DNA of 64,000 nucleotides from Rickettsiales bacterium (GTDB lineage Bacteria; Pseudomonadota; Alphaproteobacteria; Rickettsiales; G965195355): NCBI GenBank assembly GCA_965195355.1, contig OZ239627.1, positions 540,239 to 604,238 of the forward strand, read 5' to 3'. Shown piece by piece: positions 59,640 to 64,000 of this stretch (position 1 is its first letter; each line of letters starts with the position of its first letter). The notes under the pieces were generated by a model. It saw only the letters and a program-made list of their open reading frames with translations, ran no database searches and was not told where the DNA came from. The position numbers and the translations under genes were made by a program.

Positions 59640-60455
59640 ATGAAATTGGATTTTATCAAAATGCATGGTTCAGGTAATGATTTTGTAATTATTGATAATC
59701 GCAATGGATTGGCAAATATAGCTCATACAATAGTACAAGATATAGCGCATAGACATCTAGGAATAGGGTGTGATCAATTGATTGTATTAGAAAAATCTAG
59801 ACTCAATGCATGCACAATGAAGATATATAATTCTGATGGGACGGAAGTTGAAATGTGCGGAAATGCTGCAAGATGTGTTGCCTATTTAATGCTTCAAGAA
59901 TCACAGCAGTCTCAAATTAATATAGATCTTAAAGATCGTACTTTGAGTTGCAGTGCTATAGGTTCAAAAAATATGATTACCATTAATATGGGTAGTCCGA
60001 ATTTTGAATGGAATAAGATACCTCTTCAATATCAGGTTGATACATTGTATGTGCCAATTATTGTACAGAATTTTCAGGGTCAAGCTGCTGTGATGAATAT
60101 TGGAAATCCACATGCAGTTTTTTGGATAGATAATTTTAGTTATATCGATATTGAGAACATTGCACCACAAATCGAAAAGCATAAGATTTTTATCAATAAA
60201 GCCAATGTTTCGTTCATTCAAGTAATTAATAGATCAAATATCAAAATCAAGACTTGGGAACGAGGCGTTGGTATGACTATGGCGTGTGGTAGTGCAGCGT
60301 GTTCGTGTGTAGTATTATCTAGTAAGCGGGGTTATGTGGATAATGAGGTATCGGTTGAAACTGATATAGATAAATTATTAATTAAATATATAGATAATAT
60401 AATCTATATGTCCGGTCCTGTAAAAGTAGTATTTTCTGGTAAATATGAAACATAA
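59640..60455 (+). CDS. dapF: Diaminopimelate epimerase
   Basis: KMHGSGNDF, GCDQ, NSDG..EMCGNAARC, GNPHAV, WERGVG.T.ACGS. Confidence 0.97.
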   Translation: MKLDFIKMHGSGNDFVIIDNRNGLANIAHTIVQDIAHRHLGIGCDQLIVLEKSRLNACTMKIYNSDGTEVEMCGNAARCVAYLMLQESQQSQINIDLKDRTLSCSAIGSKNMITINMGSPNFEWNKIPLQYQVDTLYVPIIVQNFQGQAAVMNIGNPHAVFWIDNFSYIDIENIAPQIEKHKIFINKANVSFIQVINRSNIKIKTWERGVGMTMACGSAACSCVVLSSKRGYVDNEVSVETDIDKLLIKYIDNIIYMSGPVKVVFSGKYET

Positions 60456-61560
60456 AGAGTTATCTCTGGATGAAAAGATATCTTGGATTAGACTCATTAG
60501 AACATATGGAATTGGTCCTAGGTATTTCAGATCATTAATGAATGTTTATGGCACCGCATCTGCATCTTTGCAATATCTTTCATCATGGATGGAGAAAAAA
60601 AACAAAACTCTCTTTTCAAGAACAATGGCAAAAAAAGAATTGGAATATGTAGAGAGTCGCGATGGTACAATGATTGCTGCATGTGAATCTAATTATCCTC
60701 AATCATTAAAAATAATGCATAATGCTCCACCAATTATTACTGTATTAGGCAATAAAGATATTTTACATTCTAATTCAATTGCGATCGTTGGTTCCAGAAA
60801 TGCTACTATTCATAACAAGAAGCTTACATACAATATCTCTCGTGATATTGGAAAGAATGGAATGGTGACGGTATCTGGTCTTGCGCGAGGCATTGATTCT
60901 CAGGTACATATTGCGTCGGTGGATAGTAATTACCCCACTATTGCTGTTTTAGCTCACGGTATAGATACTGTTTATCCAGTAGAGAATGCGAGTTTATTCG
61001 ATAGCATATTAGAGCATGGTGCTGTAATCACGGAATTTTCTTACAATACTCTACCAAAGAGTCAATTTTTTCCCGCTAGAAATAGAATTATCGCGAGTTT
61101 ATCTCTTGCGACAGTAATTATAGAAGCCAGAATGAATTCTGGATCTTTGATCACAGCGAAACTAGCAAAGGAGCAGAAAAAGGATGTATTTGCATGCCCA
61201 GGATCTCCCTTGGATCACAATTCATCTGGAGTGAATCATCTTATTAAATCTGGTGATGCACAATTGATAGAATCTGCTGAAGACATCATTAATGGATTAT
61301 CTATTGCACATAATAATATGTATGAGGATATGTACGAGAAAAACTCCAATAAATATCAACAAGGATCTTTGTGTGAAGGCGATACAGAGAAAATAAAAGA
61401 ATTAATTCTCGAATCTATGAGCATTGTTGCTGTTGGAATTGATGATATAATTAATGATATACCATGTCATCCAGATATTACAATAATCAGCCTATTAGAG
61501 CTCGAAATGCAAGATAAGATTGCGCGCAATGATAATAATCAATTTTATAAATCTATATAA
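60445..61560 (+). CDS. dprA: DNA-processing protein DprA
   Basis: AIVGSRNA, VSGLARGID, FPARNRII, EA..SGSLITA, FACPGSP, C-terminal LLELE. Confidence 0.95.
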   Translation: MKHKELSLDEKISWIRLIRTYGIGPRYFRSLMNVYGTASASLQYLSSWMEKKNKTLFSRTMAKKELEYVESRDGTMIAACESNYPQSLKIMHNAPPIITVLGNKDILHSNSIAIVGSRNATIHNKKLTYNISRDIGKNGMVTVSGLARGIDSQVHIASVDSNYPTIAVLAHGIDTVYPVENASLFDSILEHGAVITEFSYNTLPKSQFFPARNRIIASLSLATVIIEARMNSGSLITAKLAKEQKKDVFACPGSPLDHNSSGVNHLIKSGDAQLIESAEDIINGLSIAHNNMYEDMYEKNSNKYQQGSLCEGDTEKIKELILESMSIVAVGIDDIINDIPCHPDITIISLLELEMQDKIARNDNNQFYKSI

Positions 61561-62285
61561 ATATAATCAGCAACATATTTTTTAGCTATTGAGATACTTT
61601 GTATGATATCTTTGTTTAGAGTGAGTGAAGCAGCAATGGCGGATGAGAATCTACATCCAGTTCCTCTTGCATTTTTTGCATTGTATCTTCTAGTAGAAAA
61701 CGTATATACGTTATGATTTATGAGTGCATAATCAATTGCGTTATTATCATTCAAATGTCCACCCTTAATAATAGGAGTTTTCACACCAAATTTGTGCAAT
61801 GTATGCAAAGCATCATATACATCTTGATGAGATGTAATATCTATGTTGGTCAATAAACATACTTCATGAACATTGGGAGTAATTATATCTACGTGTGGCA
61901 ACAGAGCTTCTTGAATGTGCTTACATACACAAAAATTCTCAATTAATTGAGCGCCGCTACTAGATGCCAATACTGAATCAAATACAATTTTGGGTTTTTG
62001 ATTCAATTTTGTCAGAGCTTGTACAATGGAATTGATAATTGATTTGGAATATAACATGCCTAATTTTATTGTTATGAAATTATATTCATCGAATAAGCAT
62101 TGAATTTGATTATCAAAATCAAGATTTTCAGAAATATAATACACCTTTGTATGATCTTGTATTGTTATTGCACTTGGGAGACAGATTGTATCACAACCAA
62201 AATGTTGTAATACTTTTACATCCACAGTGATTCCTGCATTATTATGAGAATCAAATCCTGATATCACTAGGACATTTGGTGCCAT
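61545..62285 (-). CDS. thiD: Hydroxymethylpyrimidine/phosphomethylpyrimidine kinase
   Basis: VLVISGFDS..AGI..D, IKLGML, ITPN..E, KGGH, RGTGC.FSSAIA. Confidence 0.9.
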   Translation of the reverse strand: MAPNVLVISGFDSHNNAGITVDVKVLQHFGCDTICLPSAITIQDHTKVYYISENLDFDNQIQCLFDEYNFITIKLGMLYSKSIINSIVQALTKLNQKPKIVFDSVLASSSGAQLIENFCVCKHIQEALLPHVDIITPNVHEVCLLTNIDITSHQDVYDALHTLHKFGVKTPIIKGGHLNDNNAIDYALINHNVYTFSTRRYNAKNARGTGCRFSSAIAASLTLNKDIIQSISIAKKYVADYIYIDL

Positions 62286-62291
62286 ACAATA

Positions 62292-63206
62292 TCAATGGTT
62301 AAAAATATTAAGAATTGGAGTATATTCTTTATCTCGTAATGAGAATTTGAGCCCAGAATGCACTATTCTTCCAATGATCAAGATCTGATCTTTTAAGGAT
62401 TTTTGTATATTATGTAATTTTTGATATGAAGTAGTAAATAATAATTCATAATCTTCCCCTCCAGAAATTGCTATATCTTGATAATTCTTAGAATAATGAA
62501 ACAATGCTTTGGAAATTGGTATATTTTCTATTTGAATTTCTGCACCACAATGAGATTGCTGCATAATACTTGAAATTGATGCAAATAATCCATCTGAAAT
62601 ATCAATCATTGATGTTGCAATTTGAGAGATATCTTCAGAAATATCAGTGCGCGCTTTTGGGTTGATATGTTGATCAATAAGTATTTGTTCTGATATGCTA
62701 TATTGAGATTGAGAATTCATTAATAATTCCAATCCTGCTTTTGAATCACCGAGATTGCCCGTGACACATATCATGTCTTCAATTTGAGCTCCTGATCGAG
62801 GTATTGTATTATATTTACATTTTCCATATACAGTCATATTAATAAATATATCACTCATTGATGATGTAATATCTCCTCCGGATAGTCTATAAGAATATCT
62901 TTGTGCAGATTCCTCAATTCCTGCAAAAAAATCCATTACCCATTCATCCCTAATATTTCGTGGTAATGATATTGAAATTAATATAAATTCTGGAATCCCA
63001 CCCATTGCAGCTACATCACTCACAGCTGATGTAGCTGCTTTGTGTGCAATTTGTTTCGCTGTCATTTTGTCACATAAGAAATGTACACCCTCAACAAAAG
63101 AATCCGTAGAGATGATATTATTTTGATTAATTGTAAAGCAATCATCTCCAATTCCATATGAACATTCTAAATTACTAATGCAGTTTATAATTTTTTGTTC
63201 TCTCAT
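62292..63206 (-). CDS. thiL: Thiamine-monophosphate kinase
   Basis: GIGDDC, STD.FVEGVHF, SDVAAMGG, GGD, MIDISDGL, GGEDYELLFT; start at MREQ avoids overlap with ccmF. Confidence 0.94.
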   Translation of the reverse strand: MREQKIINCISNLECSYGIGDDCFTINQNNIISTDSFVEGVHFLCDKMTAKQIAHKAATSAVSDVAAMGGIPEFILISISLPRNIRDEWVMDFFAGIEESAQRYSYRLSGGDITSSMSDIFINMTVYGKCKYNTIPRSGAQIEDMICVTGNLGDSKAGLELLMNSQSQYSISEQILIDQHINPKARTDISEDISQIATSMIDISDGLFASISSIMQQSHCGAEIQIENIPISKALFHYSKNYQDIAISGGEDYELLFTTSYQKLHNIQKSLKDQILIIGRIVHSGLKFSLRDKEYTPILNIFNH

Positions 63207-63252
63207 GAATTTGTATATTGTTCTGATGCAATGCATGATGCTATCATATAGT

Positions 63253-64000
63253 ATGAACTTGGGACATATTCTAATTATTGCATGTGCAATCATAAATCTT
63301 CTCAATGTTGTACGATTTGATGCAAGATTACCAATTGCGCAGTTATTTTGTTCTGTATGCGCATTCGGATTATTGATTTATTTTCATATTTTTGATCATT
63401 TTGAAATTGTAAATGTTGCTACAACCTCGCACCAAGATATGTCAATGCTATACAAGATATGTGGTATTTGGGGAAATCACGAAGGATCCATGTTATTATG
63501 GGCATTTGTATTGTCATGTTATAACATAATGACGCGAAATAATGATATTGCGAGTCGCATACATTCTTCAATTACATCTTGTATTTATTTATATATCTAT
63601 ATACTCTCTGATCCATTTGCAAAAAGTACTGTAAACATTGGATCTGGACTTAACCCTATATTGCAAGATATCGCGATTTCTATTCATCCACCGATATTAT
63701 ACATCGGATACATAGGTTCAAGTATTGTATATTCCATCGTCTTGAGTGGAATAATTAGAAAAACAACAAATCAAGAATGGTTACAAGAAATAAGGAAGTG
63801 GTTGATATTTTCCTGGAGTTTCATGACTCTTGGGATTGGATTAGGGAGTTGGTGGGCATATCGTGAGCTTGGTTGGGGTGGGATATGGTTTTGGGATCCA
63901 GTGGAAAATATATCGCTGATGCCGTGGTTAATGTATATCATAGCAATTCATTCATTGAAATTACCAAAAGCATCCACAAGAATATATACTCCGATATTAT
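63253..64000 (+). CDS. ccmF: Cytochrome c heme lyase CcmF (3'-truncated by window edge)
   Basis: WGNHEGSMLLW, GLNPILQD, IHPPILYIGY, LGSWWAYRELGWGGIWFWDPVENISLMPWL. Not in the ORF track. Confidence 0.95.
   Translation, partial: MNLGHILIIACAIINLLNVVRFDARLPIAQLFCSVCAFGLLIYFHIFDHFEIVNVATTSHQDMSMLYKICGIWGNHEGSMLLWAFVLSCYNIMTRNNDIASRIHSSITSCIYLYIYILSDPFAKSTVNIGSGLNPILQDIAISIHPPILYIGYIGSSIVYSIVLSGIIRKTTNQEWLQEIRKWLIFSWSFMTLGIGLGSWWAYRELGWGGIWFWDPVENISLMPWLMYIIAIHSLKLPKASTRIYTPIL

Overview
An AT-rich, gene-dense chromosomal segment from a host-associated alphaproteobacterium of the order Rickettsiales. It is most like a basal Anaplasmataceae-type organism, inferred from gene content, the short ProRS, the divergent GshA, the acidic-insert ErpA and the shuffled operons. 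Most of it is scrambled housekeeping genes: uvrA, glnA, pyrC, topA, fabDG, prfB with its +1 frameshift, proS, xerD, rnj, rne, sucCD, nusA-infB, thiCDL, argB, purK, dapF, ccmF and two tRNA-Lys genes. Accessory signals: (i) dispersed, partly eroded flagellar genes (flgG, mini-flgA, fliI, fliR); (ii) an unannotated 46-aa VirB7/RvhB7-like lipoprotein; (iii) orphan genes, mostly with their own promoters, that look like host-directed effectors, including one next to fliI with a textbook mitochondrial presequence (R-10 motif), a 769-aa tail-anchored protein and small Inc-like hairpin membrane proteins; (iv) a gene-transfer-agent-like pair (head-tail adaptor plus large terminase) preceded by a multi-hairpin non-coding region, with dprA nearby; (v) an intact PilT-like gene whose catalytic motifs are lost; (vi) a lone trpC; (vii) a GGT-type ribosome-binding signal, with loss of the prfB internal SD. 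No CRISPR array, IS element, rRNA or complete prophage was seen. All calls come from motif recognition by eye; no searches were run.
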